Origin: a virus
Taxonomy: Duplodnaviria > Caudoviricetes
Length of the DNA stretch: 64,000 nucleotides
Direction: 5' to 3' (one strand)
IMG/VR virus record: IMGVR_UViG_3300005937_000199
Location: 8,950-72,949 of that record
A program made the position numbers and the translations under genes. The stretch's first letter is position 1. Every line of letters begins with the position of its first letter. Below the pieces are notes generated by a model. It did no database searches. It had not been told where the DNA came from and saw only the letters and a list, made by a program, of their open reading frames with translations. This document shows, piece after piece, positions 1 to 8,669 of the stretch.

Positions 1-2
1 CG

Positions 3-176
3 GTTACCAACGCGCATGTCGAGCACATCGACCCAGTGATCAAGGCGTACAAGAAGAAACCGGCTGCCAAGAAGGCTGCCAAAACCCCGGCCAAGGCCAA
101 ACCCAAGGCGAAGAAGCCTGCACCCAAGCCCAAGCCAAAGGCTAAGGGCGTCATCCGAATCAAGGCGAGGAAGTAA
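3..176 (+). CDS. 3' end of a protein with a Lys/Ala/Pro-rich (histone H1-like) tail; truncated at window start
   Basis: Frame reads VTNAHVEHIDPVIKAYKKKPAAKKAAKTPAKAKPKAKKPAPKPKPKAKGVIRIKARK*, with TAA at 174-176. Confidence 0.7.
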   Translation, partial: VTNAHVEHIDPVIKAYKKKPAAKKAAKTPAKAKPKAKKPAPKPKPKAKGVIRIKARK

Positions 177-180
177 CAAC

Positions 181-468
181 ATGGCTTGCACCCTGATCAT
201 CCGTGGCGGCGAGATCGCGCTCCACCCCACGGAGAACTTCAACAAGATCCGGCACCGCGCCAACAAGGCGAAGGCGATGCTGATCAAGTTCCAGAACGGC
301 GTCATCGACGGCGAGTCCGAGGGCCAGAAGTTCGAGCCTGCCCACGTGCTCACCTTCAAGACTGACAACGGCACCGAGGAGGGCGGGCGCATCTCGGTGG
401 ACGTGGAGAACTACATCGGTGTGATGTCCGACGAGCCGAAGGACGTGGGCAGCGGCGGCGACGAGTAG
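181..468 (+). CDS. hypothetical protein (95 aa)
   Basis: GC3-biased ORF tightly packed with neighbours; AGGAAG upstream. Confidence 0.8.
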   Translation: MACTLIIRGGEIALHPTENFNKIRHRANKAKAMLIKFQNGVIDGESEGQKFEPAHVLTFKTDNGTEEGGRISVDVENYIGVMSDEPKDVGSGGDE

Positions 469-472
469 CAAC

Positions 473-796
473 ATGGCTGACAACAAGTACGGCCGGTTGT
501 TCACCACAGCCGATGTCGAGCGGATCGTGGAGTACGCTCACCGCACGCAGAGCGGCGATCTCGATGGCATCCTGGCTGATATGGACGACGACGGCGTGCG
601 CTTCAAGTGGGAGGCCGACGAGCCGCTGTTCGTCCTCCGGGGCCGGGACAACACCGCTGAGGGGGCGGTGCGGTTCTACCGTGACCACCAGCGGCCCAGG
701 GCACCGCAGAACCATACGGAGGGCATCGACAAGGCCGTCACTGCCTTCCGTACCTACCGAACTGACAACCCACAGATGATGAAGGACCCTGACTGA
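473..796 (+). CDS. hypothetical phage protein (EPLFVLRGRD motif)
   Basis: ORF in operon context with coding-like codon use. Confidence 0.8.
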   Translation: MADNKYGRLFTTADVERIVEYAHRTQSGDLDGILADMDDDGVRFKWEADEPLFVLRGRDNTAEGAVRFYRDHQRPRAPQNHTEGIDKAVTAFRTYRTDNPQMMKDPD

Positions 797-797
797 C

Positions 798-1010
798 ATG
801 TCGGATGTCACTGACGACACCACCATGAACGCGATGGCCATGGAACTGCACGGAGCGCTGATCCGGGCCGGAGCCGACCCCAAGGACCCGCCGCAGGGTG
901 GCCCGCCGTCTGCGCGGGCCTTCCAGGAGTACCAACAGCGTGGCGGGACCCAGTACACCGACGCCGACGAGTTCACGGCGGCGCTGATCGAACGGGTCAA
1001 GGCCATCTGA
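798..1010 (+). CDS. hypothetical protein (70 aa)
   Basis: Abuts neighbours with 1-nt gaps. Confidence 0.7.
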   Translation: MSDVTDDTTMNAMAMELHGALIRAGADPKDPPQGGPPSARAFQEYQQRGGTQYTDADEFTAALIERVKAI

Positions 1011-1011
1011 C

Positions 1012-1299
1012 ATGGCACAAGCAACCGATCCTCGTCTCGCGGAGCTTGAGCAGCGCCGCGAGGCGAATGTCGGCAAGCAGATTGACAATGCCAGTCTGTA
1101 CGCCGGATCACCGATGCACTACTACTGCCACTGCTGCGGTGCCCACACGGCTACGCTGCCGGAGGGCTGGTGGGAGAACCCGCCGCCGAAGTTCTGCGCC
1201 AACTGCAAGGATCTGATCAGCGACGGCGTGATCAGCCAGCCCGAGGCCAACTACGACGACTGGCTCAAGGAGCACGATCACCCTCCGGTGCCACGATGA
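1012..1299 (+). CDS. small Zn-finger-like protein
   Basis: CHCCG and CANC cysteine pairs. Confidence 0.75.
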   Translation: MAQATDPRLAELEQRREANVGKQIDNASLYAGSPMHYYCHCCGAHTATLPEGWWENPPPKFCANCKDLISDGVISQPEANYDDWLKEHDHPPVPR

Positions 1300-1706
1300 G
1301 CGACGACATCATCGTTCCCCGGCACCACTACGACGCCCTGATCAACGCCGCCAGCCAGCTTGTCACTGTCGCGAACAACGCGGTGGAGACGATCCTCAGC
1401 GAGACGCCGTACGAGTCGATGCTGCGGGGACCGGCCGAGGCGCTGAACGATGCGCTGAAGAACGTGCCGGGGGCTGACAAGTGGGATGGCAGTTGGAGTG
1501 AGGACGACGTGGAGTACGAGTCGTTCCGTCACCACTCCCAGCCGGAGCGCAGCGGTCCCAGCGTCGGCGTCAAGGCCACTCACCGGCCCACCGGCCTGTC
1601 AGTCGAGAGCTACATGAAGCCGAGTGCCGATGCCAACCAGGCGAGCGCTCTGCGGTCGCTCAAGGGCCGTGTGGAGCGCTACGTGGCTGAACACGGTACC
1701 TTGTAG
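1296..1706 (+). CDS. protein with a peptide-chain release factor domain-3-like C-terminus lacking GGQ
   Basis: ATGA overlap start at 1296. DDVEYESFR...VGVKATHRPTGLSVES...ANQASALRSLKGRV aligns by eye to RF1 DLRIDTFR...AIRITHLPTGIVVEC...KNKAKALSVLGARI. Confidence 0.65.
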   Translation: MSDDIIVPRHHYDALINAASQLVTVANNAVETILSETPYESMLRGPAEALNDALKNVPGADKWDGSWSEDDVEYESFRHHSQPERSGPSVGVKATHRPTGLSVESYMKPSADANQASALRSLKGRVERYVAEHGTL

Positions 1707-1748
1707 TACACTGGACACACCGTCCTCAGTGACGGTGTTGTCAACGGC

Positions 1749-2120
1749 ATGAGCGCCCCGGCCCACCATGGCTGGGGCGTTCGTGTTTGTGGGGCTGGTA
1801 CGCTACCTGCTGTGAGAGCGCCTAAGCAGAACTGCCCGCGCTGTGAGGCTGAGCAGAGCTTCCGGCCCCGGCATCGCGACACTAATGGCAAGCCTGGTGT
1901 CGTTGAGGTGTATATCAAGTGCACTGTCTGCCGCTGGGAGAAGGTGCTGCGTAAGAGTACGGCACAGATCGAGATCCTGGCCGACCGTGAGCGCAGGCTT
2001 GTCAACCAGGGCGCTAAAGAGGAGAAGCGCTACGGCGTCGTCAAGGGTTCGACAGCCAACTTGCTACGCAACGTTCGCAACGAGATGAAGCGGCTGCGCG
2101 TCGAGGCGGGGTTGGCATGA
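1749..2120 (+). CDS. Zn-ribbon hypothetical protein
   Basis: CPRC and CTVC pairs; TACACT -10-like box at 1708. Confidence 0.65.
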   Translation: MSAPAHHGWGVRVCGAGTLPAVRAPKQNCPRCEAEQSFRPRHRDTNGKPGVVEVYIKCTVCRWEKVLRKSTAQIEILADRERRLVNQGAKEEKRYGVVKGSTANLLRNVRNEMKRLRVEAGLA

Positions 2121-2395
2121 CCAAGACGCTGAGCGACCGCTTGACGGAGACTGAGCTTGTGATCGTCATGCACATCGCCAATGGCAAGTCGCTTGAGGAG
2201 ATAGCGTTGGTGATGCACCGCTCACGCTCGAACGTCAGCTACCACATCGGCCGCGCCCGCCAGCGCGCTCACGCCAACAATCTGCCTCATCTCGTAAGCA
2301 TTGCCATTGCGACCGGCGATCTGGTATGGGAGGATGAACGGGAGTGCCGAGTCCTCTCCTCCCTCAATGGCACTCAGCGGCCCCGCCTGGCTTAG
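2117..2395 (+). CDS. LuxR/GerE-family HTH DNA-binding protein
   Basis: LTETELVIVMHIANGKSLEEIALVMHRSRSNVSYHIGRARQR matches the LuxR C-terminal pattern. Confidence 0.85.
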   Translation: MTKTLSDRLTETELVIVMHIANGKSLEEIALVMHRSRSNVSYHIGRARQRAHANNLPHLVSIAIATGDLVWEDERECRVLSSLNGTQRPRLA

Positions 2396-2434
2396 CGCTT
2401 TCACCTACGGCACCAGGCGAGGCCGCGTCGTACT

Positions 2435-2452
2435 CTACCCGTTACCGGGTAG
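2435..2452. terminator. hairpin between convergent genes (putative terminator)
   Basis: CTACCCG-TTAC-CGGGTAG, 7-bp stem, no U-tract. Confidence 0.45.
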
Positions 2453-2462
2453 TCTCACCGGC

Positions 2463-3062
2463 CTATCTACGTGGCCTGTAGCCACAGACCGGCCAAGGAC
2501 TTGCGCCCTCGCGAGCGTACAGGATGGCAGCACGCTTGTCTTGTTCTGCTGGGCTGGCATTGGCGGGGTTTCCTGTACCGCCGACCGACTGCCAGGTTGA
2601 TTGGGTGAACTGGTAGGCCCCGTAGAAGCCGTTGCCAGTGTTCGTGCTGTAGTTGCCACCCGATTCACAAGCTCGGATGGATGCTAGGACACCTCCGGCA
2701 CCAGCCCTCAGGGTGCGCGTGCTCGAAGGCGGGACGTAGGGCCGACCGGCTCGCAGCATCGTGCTGCCGTGGTACCTCATCCCTCGCAGGATGCGCAGGG
2801 ACTTGGCAATGTGTCGGCACTTCGACTTCCGTGTCTCGCTCAGCCCCCACTTCCGGATATTCCGTCCCGGCGCTTGTTTGCCATGGAGCTTGGCGACAGC
2901 GTGATAGTTCGCGCTGTAGTTGGTGAGCAGCTTGTTAGCGCTGCACGTGTTGCGCTTCTGCTTGGCATCAGCCACACCAGGCGCAAGTGCCACTGCGACC
3001 GACATCGCAATAGCAGTTAGGGTTGTACGCATAACAGCTTCCCCTGACATCTCTCCTGCCAT
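2463..3062 (-). CDS. rpf: secreted resuscitation-promoting factor (Rpf)-family lytic transglycosylase; start may be 3032
   Basis: C-terminal ASIRACESGGNYSTNTGNGFYGAYQFTQSTWQSVGG...SPAEQDKRAAILYAREGASPWPVCG is the Rpf domain with its catalytic Glu; N-terminal signal peptide ending ADA-K. Confidence 0.92.
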   Translation of the reverse strand: MAGEMSGEAVMRTTLTAIAMSVAVALAPGVADAKQKRNTCSANKLLTNYSANYHAVAKLHGKQAPGRNIRKWGLSETRKSKCRHIAKSLRILRGMRYHGSTMLRAGRPYVPPSSTRTLRAGAGGVLASIRACESGGNYSTNTGNGFYGAYQFTQSTWQSVGGTGNPANASPAEQDKRAAILYAREGASPWPVCGYRPRR

Positions 3063-3167
3063 GTTGCTTCCTCAGCGGCAGGCCATGCCAAGGGCGATGA
3101 ACCTCCTCAGGCTCGTTGACCGGCGACTATGATACCGGTGGCCTGTTTTTGGCTCTAGAACGCGGAA

Positions 3168-3189
3168 GACCCCGGTGTCGGCCGGGGTC
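3168..3189 (-). terminator. GC-rich hairpin, likely terminator of the 3227-3460 gene
   Basis: GACCCCGG-TGTCGG-CCGGGGTC, 8-bp stem; followed on the minus strand by TTCCGCGTTCT. Confidence 0.55.
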
Positions 3190-3226
3190 CTCGCGTGGCT
3201 GGGGAGGCCAGTTCGCTTGCCGGACT

Positions 3227-3460
3227 CTAGCGAGCGCCGGTCAGATCGCCAAGCTCAGCCAGAGGGAGCGGCCGAGCGAGTAGGTCACGGATCTGTTCGA
3301 CGGTCAGTCCGGTCACCGCCGACACCTCGTTGATCGAGCAGCCATGGAACCGGACGGCCTGCACAATTCCGCGCTCCAGAGCCGAACGCTCGGTCTGCGC
3401 CCGGACTTCGGCGCGGATCAGCGTGTGGGACTGCGAGGTGAGGACATCCAAGACGGTCAT
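3227..3460 (-). CDS. small HTH DNA-binding protein
   Basis: Likely ATG at 3460; GCSINEVSAVTGLTVEQIRDLL is HTH-like; TAGGAT -10 box upstream. Confidence 0.65.
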   Translation of the reverse strand: MTVLDVLTSQSHTLIRAEVRAQTERSALERGIVQAVRFHGCSINEVSAVTGLTVEQIRDLLARPLPLAELGDLTGAR

Positions 3461-3525
3461 GGTGGTTGTCACTCTACATGATCCTAGCCTGTTTTGTCCA
3501 GATTCCGGGGCCACAAAAGCCTCCT

Positions 3526-3538
3526 AAGTTGGCAACTT
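3526..3538. promoter_or_regulatory. 13-bp palindrome AAGTTGGCAACTT in the divergent promoter region (candidate operator)
   Basis: Perfect inverted repeat around a central base, between TAGGAT -10 boxes on opposite strands (3480-3485 minus; 3578-3583 plus). Confidence 0.5.
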
Positions 3539-3589
3539 CTTCCAATAGCTACCCCGAATTCACCCCTGCGTAACACGTAGGATGGCCGG

Positions 3590-3919
3590 GTGATGGCCAC
3601 CGCCGAGGGTCACGAGGAGTCCATCGTTCTCAGCCGAGGCCGCTTGCGGTGCCCGCACTGTGAGCAGATCGGCAGGTACCCCGGCGATTTCAAGGCGCTT
3701 GACCTCAACGAGAAGTACAAAGACGATCTCAACCCGGTTTACAAGCACATGGGCTGCGGCCACGTGTTCTCGCCGGGTGACCCGTTGATCATCCAGCAGT
3801 ACATAACAGGTCAACTGGTACCGAGATCGGCGTATGAGGATCTTCAGCGCACGGTGGCCCGACTTGAGGCAATCGTCGGTGCGATACCGATCCAAGGAGA
3901 AGGGAGGACAGCAGCATGA
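3590..3919 (+). CDS. Zn-ribbon hypothetical protein; first gene of the structural operon
   Basis: CPHC and HMGC motifs; TAGGAT 7 nt upstream suggests a leaderless start. Confidence 0.75.
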   Translation: MMATAEGHEESIVLSRGRLRCPHCEQIGRYPGDFKALDLNEKYKDDLNPVYKHMGCGHVFSPGDPLIIQQYITGQLVPRSAYEDLQRTVARLEAIVGAIPIQGEGRTAA

Positions 3920-5289
3920 CGCTTGACACGAGCGAGCGTCACCCCATCTGCCTGATCCTGAACTTCGCGTCCACGGACGTGGAGGAAGGGAAGCTGGGCG
4001 ATGACACGGTGCTGTGGAAGGACCTGATGGCCGAGGGTATGGTTGCCCGCACGCCTGGCATGAAGGAGAAGGTCCCCTTCAAGGTCATCCACACCGGCCG
4101 CTCGTCGTCTCGTAATGGCAGCATCACTGTCAGCATGAGTGACCTGTGCGAAGCGTTCGACGCCAAGGCGTTCCAGGACGTGACGATTCCGGACGGGCAC
4201 CCCAAGCCCGACAAGGTGCTCCCTGACGGGCGTGTCATCAAGGGTGACAGCGCGCTCAACAACACAGGCTACGTCCGTGGCCTGCGCGTCGTCCAGAAGA
4301 CGGTCAAGGGTGGTCCGCAGGATGGCAAGGAGATTCACGTCCTCCAGGCCGGACTCGGATTCACGGAGCCGGAGGTCGCGGCCAAGGTGCGGCGGGGCAG
4401 CGTCCCCAATGTGTCAGCCGGTGTGTACTTCGACTTCGTGCGCAAGGCCGACGACCGCTACTTCCGGGCGGCGCTGAACCACGCGGCGCTTACCAAGCAG
4501 CCGTGGATGCAGGATCTCGAACCGTTCGAGCGCGTCTACTTCGCGGACGGCGAGGACGAGTACGTGGTCCAGGAGCTTCTTCTGGACGAAGACAAGCAGG
4601 ATGGCAACGACGCCAAGGTCATCTGGAACGATGCGGTTGCGGCCAACTCGATTCGCCAGCAGATCTCAGGCTTCCTCAACCCCCAGCCATCCCCGGAGGA
4701 GCAGGCCATCGGCGTGCCGGAACGCCCACGAGCCTTCTACTACGTCGAGGACGTGACCCACGACGAGCCGAATCTGGCCCGCGTGGAGGAGTCCTACCGG
4801 GGGAAGACCACCAACTTCGTTGTCCCCTACTCGGTGGACGACGATGGCAAGGTCACTGTCTCGCCGCAGGCCCACTGGCAAGAGGGCAAGCAGGCGATGA
4901 TCGCGGCCAGCGACCCCGATGACAACCTGGAGCGTTTCCAGGAGCGAAGCGTCGAGGCAACCCGAGAGCGGCTGGTCGTTGCTCTCGATGATCTGTTCGG
5001 TGAGGGCCACAAGCTCGTCGTCGGGCAGATGTCGATGGATGGGCGTGCGCTGATCCGCAACTCCACGACGGGTGCCGAGCACCTGGCGCGGTTCCGCGAG
5101 GTCGGTGCCCATGCCTACTTCACTGACACCGCTGACTGGACGACGGTGAAGCTGCCGTCCAGCAACAGGCCGGATGTCACTCCGGCTGCGCCGCCGCCCA
5201 CCACCGAGGTGACGTTCGATCTGAACACACCCGAGGGTCGGGTGGCCGCTGCACGCCAACGGCGAGCCAAGCTCGCCCCGAACCAGTAG
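3916..5289 (+). CDS. capsid maturation protease (Mu gpI-like)
   Basis: Position before scaffold and capsid; VPNVSAGV...LNHAALTKQPWMQDLEP resembles the Mu I protease HxALTNxP motif. Confidence 0.65.
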   Translation: MTLDTSERHPICLILNFASTDVEEGKLGDDTVLWKDLMAEGMVARTPGMKEKVPFKVIHTGRSSSRNGSITVSMSDLCEAFDAKAFQDVTIPDGHPKPDKVLPDGRVIKGDSALNNTGYVRGLRVVQKTVKGGPQDGKEIHVLQAGLGFTEPEVAAKVRRGSVPNVSAGVYFDFVRKADDRYFRAALNHAALTKQPWMQDLEPFERVYFADGEDEYVVQELLLDEDKQDGNDAKVIWNDAVAANSIRQQISGFLNPQPSPEEQAIGVPERPRAFYYVEDVTHDEPNLARVEESYRGKTTNFVVPYSVDDDGKVTVSPQAHWQEGKQAMIAASDPDDNLERFQERSVEATRERLVVALDDLFGEGHKLVVGQMSMDGRALIRNSTTGAEHLARFREVGAHAYFTDTADWTTVKLPSSNRPDVTPAAPPPTTEVTFDLNTPEGRVAAARQRRAKLAPNQ

Positions 5290-5306
5290 CAAGGAGGTGG
5301 ACATAA

Positions 5307-5885
5307 GTGGGAATCCTGGAGACGATTGACGCGCTGAACCTCACCGACGACGAGAAGTCTCGCCTGCGGAGGGAGTACGGCGAGGAGGTCGATCCCCTGC
5401 GGACGGAGGTCGGCACGCTGCGGACCAACGACCGGCGCGAGAAGGTCAGGACTGACATCCTGGCGCTCAGCGAGGCCGGTTTCAAGGACGCGCCAGCCGC
5501 CTTGGCATTCGTGCGACGGCTGTACCTGTCGCCCGATGCGGAGGAGCCGGGAGTGGTCCTGTTCGCGGATCACGAACTCGGCCTGACGGGCGAAGAGGCG
5601 ACCGGCGCGCACGCCCGCGAGGAGATGTCAGTCAAGGGGGCATTCGAGAAGTTCTTCTCGCTCCTCCCGCGCGACAAGGACGGCAAGCTCAAGGTCCAAC
5701 TGTCGGACCAGGGCACCGTCACCGACGACCACGGCCGTCCCAAGACCGGCGACGACGTGGCCGACGCCGAGGCCAACACCGCCGAGCACAAGTCGTCGCT
5801 CGGCAAGGCGATTGGCACCACCATCGGCCGTCCGTCGCGTGAGAAGCGCTACGGCGGTCGCTATTCCTCCGGGGGCGGTGAGTAG
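5307..5885 (+). CDS. probable capsid scaffolding protein
   Basis: Acidic and helical; between protease and decoration gene; AGGAGG RBS. Confidence 0.55.
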   Translation: MGILETIDALNLTDDEKSRLRREYGEEVDPLRTEVGTLRTNDRREKVRTDILALSEAGFKDAPAALAFVRRLYLSPDAEEPGVVLFADHELGLTGEEATGAHAREEMSVKGAFEKFFSLLPRDKDGKLKVQLSDQGTVTDDHGRPKTGDDVADAEANTAEHKSSLGKAIGTTIGRPSREKRYGGRYSSGGGE

Positions 5886-5888
5886 CAA

Positions 5889-6269
5889 GTGGCCTGGAAC
5901 ATTCGCACCGCTCGCGCCACCGGCAACGACCTGGAGATCCTGGTCAACCAGGTCAACGTCGATGTCGCGGCTTCCGTCGTGCTCGACGCCGGGGCTGTCA
6001 CCCCGGACGGCGTGACTGGTGAGCGCAAGCTCGTCGCCGGGACGCCGCTCAAGAAGGTCGGCAACCAGTACGTCCCGTGCGCCGCTGACGGTGCCGGGTG
6101 CCTTGGCATCCTGGCTCGTACCGAGGTGTTCCCGGACGGCACGGCGCAGTCCGACCTTCCGTCCGCGATGTGGCACCACGGCCAGTGGTTCCGCACCGAC
6201 CGCATCGTCAACTGGGCGACGGCGCAGGCCAACATCAAGGCCGCGCTGCCGACCTGCAAGTTCTCCTAG
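5889..6269 (+). CDS. capsid decoration protein (lambda gpD-like)
   Basis: 126 aa with AGTPLKKVGNQYVP...LGIL pattern, directly before the major capsid gene. Confidence 0.7.
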   Translation: MAWNIRTARATGNDLEILVNQVNVDVAASVVLDAGAVTPDGVTGERKLVAGTPLKKVGNQYVPCAADGAGCLGILARTEVFPDGTAQSDLPSAMWHHGQWFRTDRIVNWATAQANIKAALPTCKFS

Positions 6270-6288
6270 AAGGGAGGTGACAAGTTAG

Positions 6289-7350
6289 ATGGCAGTCATT
6301 GACGACATCATGGATCAGGCAACGCTGACGGACGCAATCGTCGGCCCGGTCGAGACGGAGATGGAGACGATGCCGTTCATCGGGGAGCAGATCGCCCCGA
6401 TGACCGAGACGGACTCGCAGTACGTCTCCATGACGGTGGAGGACTACTACGCCACCGGCATCGGCCAGTTCCGCGCGCCCGAAGCGTCGATCCCGCTGAT
6501 GGACATCACCGGCCGGGAGGAGCGCGAAGAGGTCATCGAGTTGGCATATCTCGATGAGGCCCATCGCATCTCTCCCCGTCGCTGGGAGATCCTGACGCAA
6601 GGCGGCGAGAAGCTGGCAGGCCGTGAGGCCCGCCGCCTGATCGAGATCGGCCAGATCCTCGAACGGCGCAACGAGCGCCTGACCGAGTGGATGCGCTGGC
6701 AGTCGTTCTCCGGCCAGATCACCATCGAATACCAACTCCGTGACACGGCGCTGGTCATCGACTACCCGTTCGCGGCCGGTCACAAGCCGACTGCTGCGGT
6801 GCCGTGGACCGATCTGGTCAACGCCGATCCGGTCAACGACCTGAAGGTGTGGCTGAAGCAGGTCAGCACCGACTCCGGCTCGCCTGGCAGGCGGGTGCAC
6901 ATCTCCGACGACGACATCGAACTGATCCTGACCAACCAGAAGCTCCCCGCGTACTTCAACGTGGAGCCGGGTCAGCCGTTCATGCCGACGCTCGAAGACG
7001 TGGGCAAGCTGCTGCCGCCCGGTACCGTGTTCGTGCCGACGAACCACGGCTACCGCACCGAGGACAAGGGCGCGTCGAAGCGCCCGCAGGACCACAACCG
7101 GTACCTGCCCATCGGCAAGGTGCTTGTCACCACCGACTACTCGATTCAGGGCTACGGCGTCATCGCTGAGACGCTGAACGGCCCGGTCGAGATCAAGTCC
7201 GGCCCGAACGACACGGTGTTCCTGCCGGGTCCGCAGTCGGAGATCATCCTGAAGGGCGAGGGCGTCTACACGCGCCTGCTCCGTCAGGCCAGCCGTCGCA
7301 TCGTGCGCCTCAAGGTCCCCGAGGCGTTCCTCTACGCGACCGTCCGCTAG
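6289..7350 (+). CDS. major capsid protein (gpE-like)
   Basis: 353 aa; GGAGGT RBS; RRNERLTEWMRWQSFSG and ADPVNDLKVW resemble major capsid E family; synteny. Confidence 0.85.
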   Translation: MAVIDDIMDQATLTDAIVGPVETEMETMPFIGEQIAPMTETDSQYVSMTVEDYYATGIGQFRAPEASIPLMDITGREEREEVIELAYLDEAHRISPRRWEILTQGGEKLAGREARRLIEIGQILERRNERLTEWMRWQSFSGQITIEYQLRDTALVIDYPFAAGHKPTAAVPWTDLVNADPVNDLKVWLKQVSTDSGSPGRRVHISDDDIELILTNQKLPAYFNVEPGQPFMPTLEDVGKLLPPGTVFVPTNHGYRTEDKGASKRPQDHNRYLPIGKVLVTTDYSIQGYGVIAETLNGPVEIKSGPNDTVFLPGPQSEIILKGEGVYTRLLRQASRRIVRLKVPEAFLYATVR

Positions 7351-7369
7351 GAAGGGGGTGACAACAAAC

Positions 7370-8083
7370 ATGTCAGATAGCAAGGGCTTCGAGGTGCTGG
7401 TGGACGAACTCACGATCCACAAGGCCGTGCGCCAACTCCAGCACCCGATCACCGGGGAGCCGATGGGCTTCCAGCAGGGCAACGGCGAGACGTGGTTCCT
7501 GGGCGAAGTCGTCCCGGCCGAAGCGATCAACCCGGAGTGGGTCGAGGCGCTGGAGTCCGGCGAGGGTGCGCTGTACGACTCCCTCAAGGACAAGCTCGCG
7601 CCGTCGTCCGAGGAACCGGCTGTCTCCGACGCCGTGCGAATGGGGATGCCATTCGAGGGCTACGAGGAGATGGACGAGGACGACATCCTGGCTGCCATGA
7701 ACGTGCTGCCTTCGGCGGCGGTCATGCGGATCAGGGAGTGGGAGTCCCGGCACCAGAACCGCGACGAGATCGTCAACTACAACGCGGGCTACCGCGTCTC
7801 TCCCAATGCCTACCAGGAGGGCAAGGTCCCTGGTGGCAGCGACGAGGCCGAGGGCGACGAGTCCAAGGCCGTGCGTGCGATCCGTACGCGCCAGGTCGTG
7901 GAAGGCGAGGCGACCGTTCCCGGCGAGGGCTTCACCGGCACGGGCGACCCCGCCGTCGCACCGGGCACGGCAGCCGCCGCCGAGGAGGACGACAAGCCGA
8001 AGTCAACGCGCCGCGCCGGTCGCAGGCCGCGCCCCGCGCCGAAGCAGCAGCCCGCCTCCTCCGAGGGCGGCGGCGGCTCGTAG
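7370..8083 (+). CDS. hypothetical protein (acidic, A/P/R-rich tail)
   Basis: ORF after the capsid gene with RBS. Confidence 0.75.
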   Translation: MSDSKGFEVLVDELTIHKAVRQLQHPITGEPMGFQQGNGETWFLGEVVPAEAINPEWVEALESGEGALYDSLKDKLAPSSEEPAVSDAVRMGMPFEGYEEMDEDDILAAMNVLPSAAVMRIREWESRHQNRDEIVNYNAGYRVSPNAYQEGKVPGGSDEAEGDESKAVRAIRTRQVVEGEATVPGEGFTGTGDPAVAPGTAAAAEEDDKPKSTRRAGRRPRPAPKQQPASSEGGGGS

Positions 8084-8111
8084 GGCGTTCTGCCAAGGGA
8101 GTTGACAAGCC

Positions 8112-8669
8112 ATGCCTGACGAACCCGAGTACACACCAGCGGACGAGATCGAAGCCGGAGCGCGGGACGAGCTTCCCGAGACGTTTGACGCTCTGGTTGA
8201 CTCGCCGCACTTCGGGCCGGAGGGCCTGGCGCGTCGCAAGTCCCTTGTCATGGCGCGCATTTGGGGCCGTGAACTGGACGAGACGGAGATCGAGGGCCTT
8301 GACGTGCGGGTGCAAGCCTATGCGTCGAAGCATCTCGCTCGCCAACTGATCGGACCAGGGATCGACTACTGGGCGGCGCAGGTGCTCTCCCAGTCCGCTG
8401 GCACGACCGAGCAGGTCAGCTATGACGCTCAGCGGATTCAAGCGCTCAAGGACGCTGACAAGCGCCTTGCTGCGGAGATCGCGGAGTTGCTTGGCGACGT
8501 GGAGGCCATCCTCCCGCCAGTCAAGTTGACACCGGGGGCTGCACCAATCGTCGGCCAGGCAGGCAAGCTGGGTACCGTGGGCGCTCTGGACGGGATGTAT
8601 ACGCCAGACCCATTCGACCTGCCGCCTGTCTACGCCCCGACCGAGACGGAGACGACGGGGACGGCGTAA
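8112..8669 (+). CDS. probable head-tail adaptor
   Basis: Size and synteny only. Confidence 0.45.
   Translation: MPDEPEYTPADEIEAGARDELPETFDALVDSPHFGPEGLARRKSLVMARIWGRELDETEIEGLDVRVQAYASKHLARQLIGPGIDYWAAQVLSQSAGTTEQVSYDAQRIQALKDADKRLAAEIAELLGDVEAILPPVKLTPGAAPIVGQAGKLGTVGALDGMYTPDPFDLPPVYAPTETETTGTA

Noticed and set aside
3063-3226. c-di-AMP (ydaO) riboswitch, as found upstream of actinobacterial rpfA
   Set aside because: The conserved GGGGAACC/GGGGTGAA/CCCGTCAGCTAACC elements are not present on the minus strand.
5883-5891. UAG-CAA readthrough fusing scaffold and decoration protein in frame
   Set aside because: The context matches only part of UAG-CAR-YYA, TAGCAA follows several other stops out of frame, and GGTGAG gives the GTG its own RBS.
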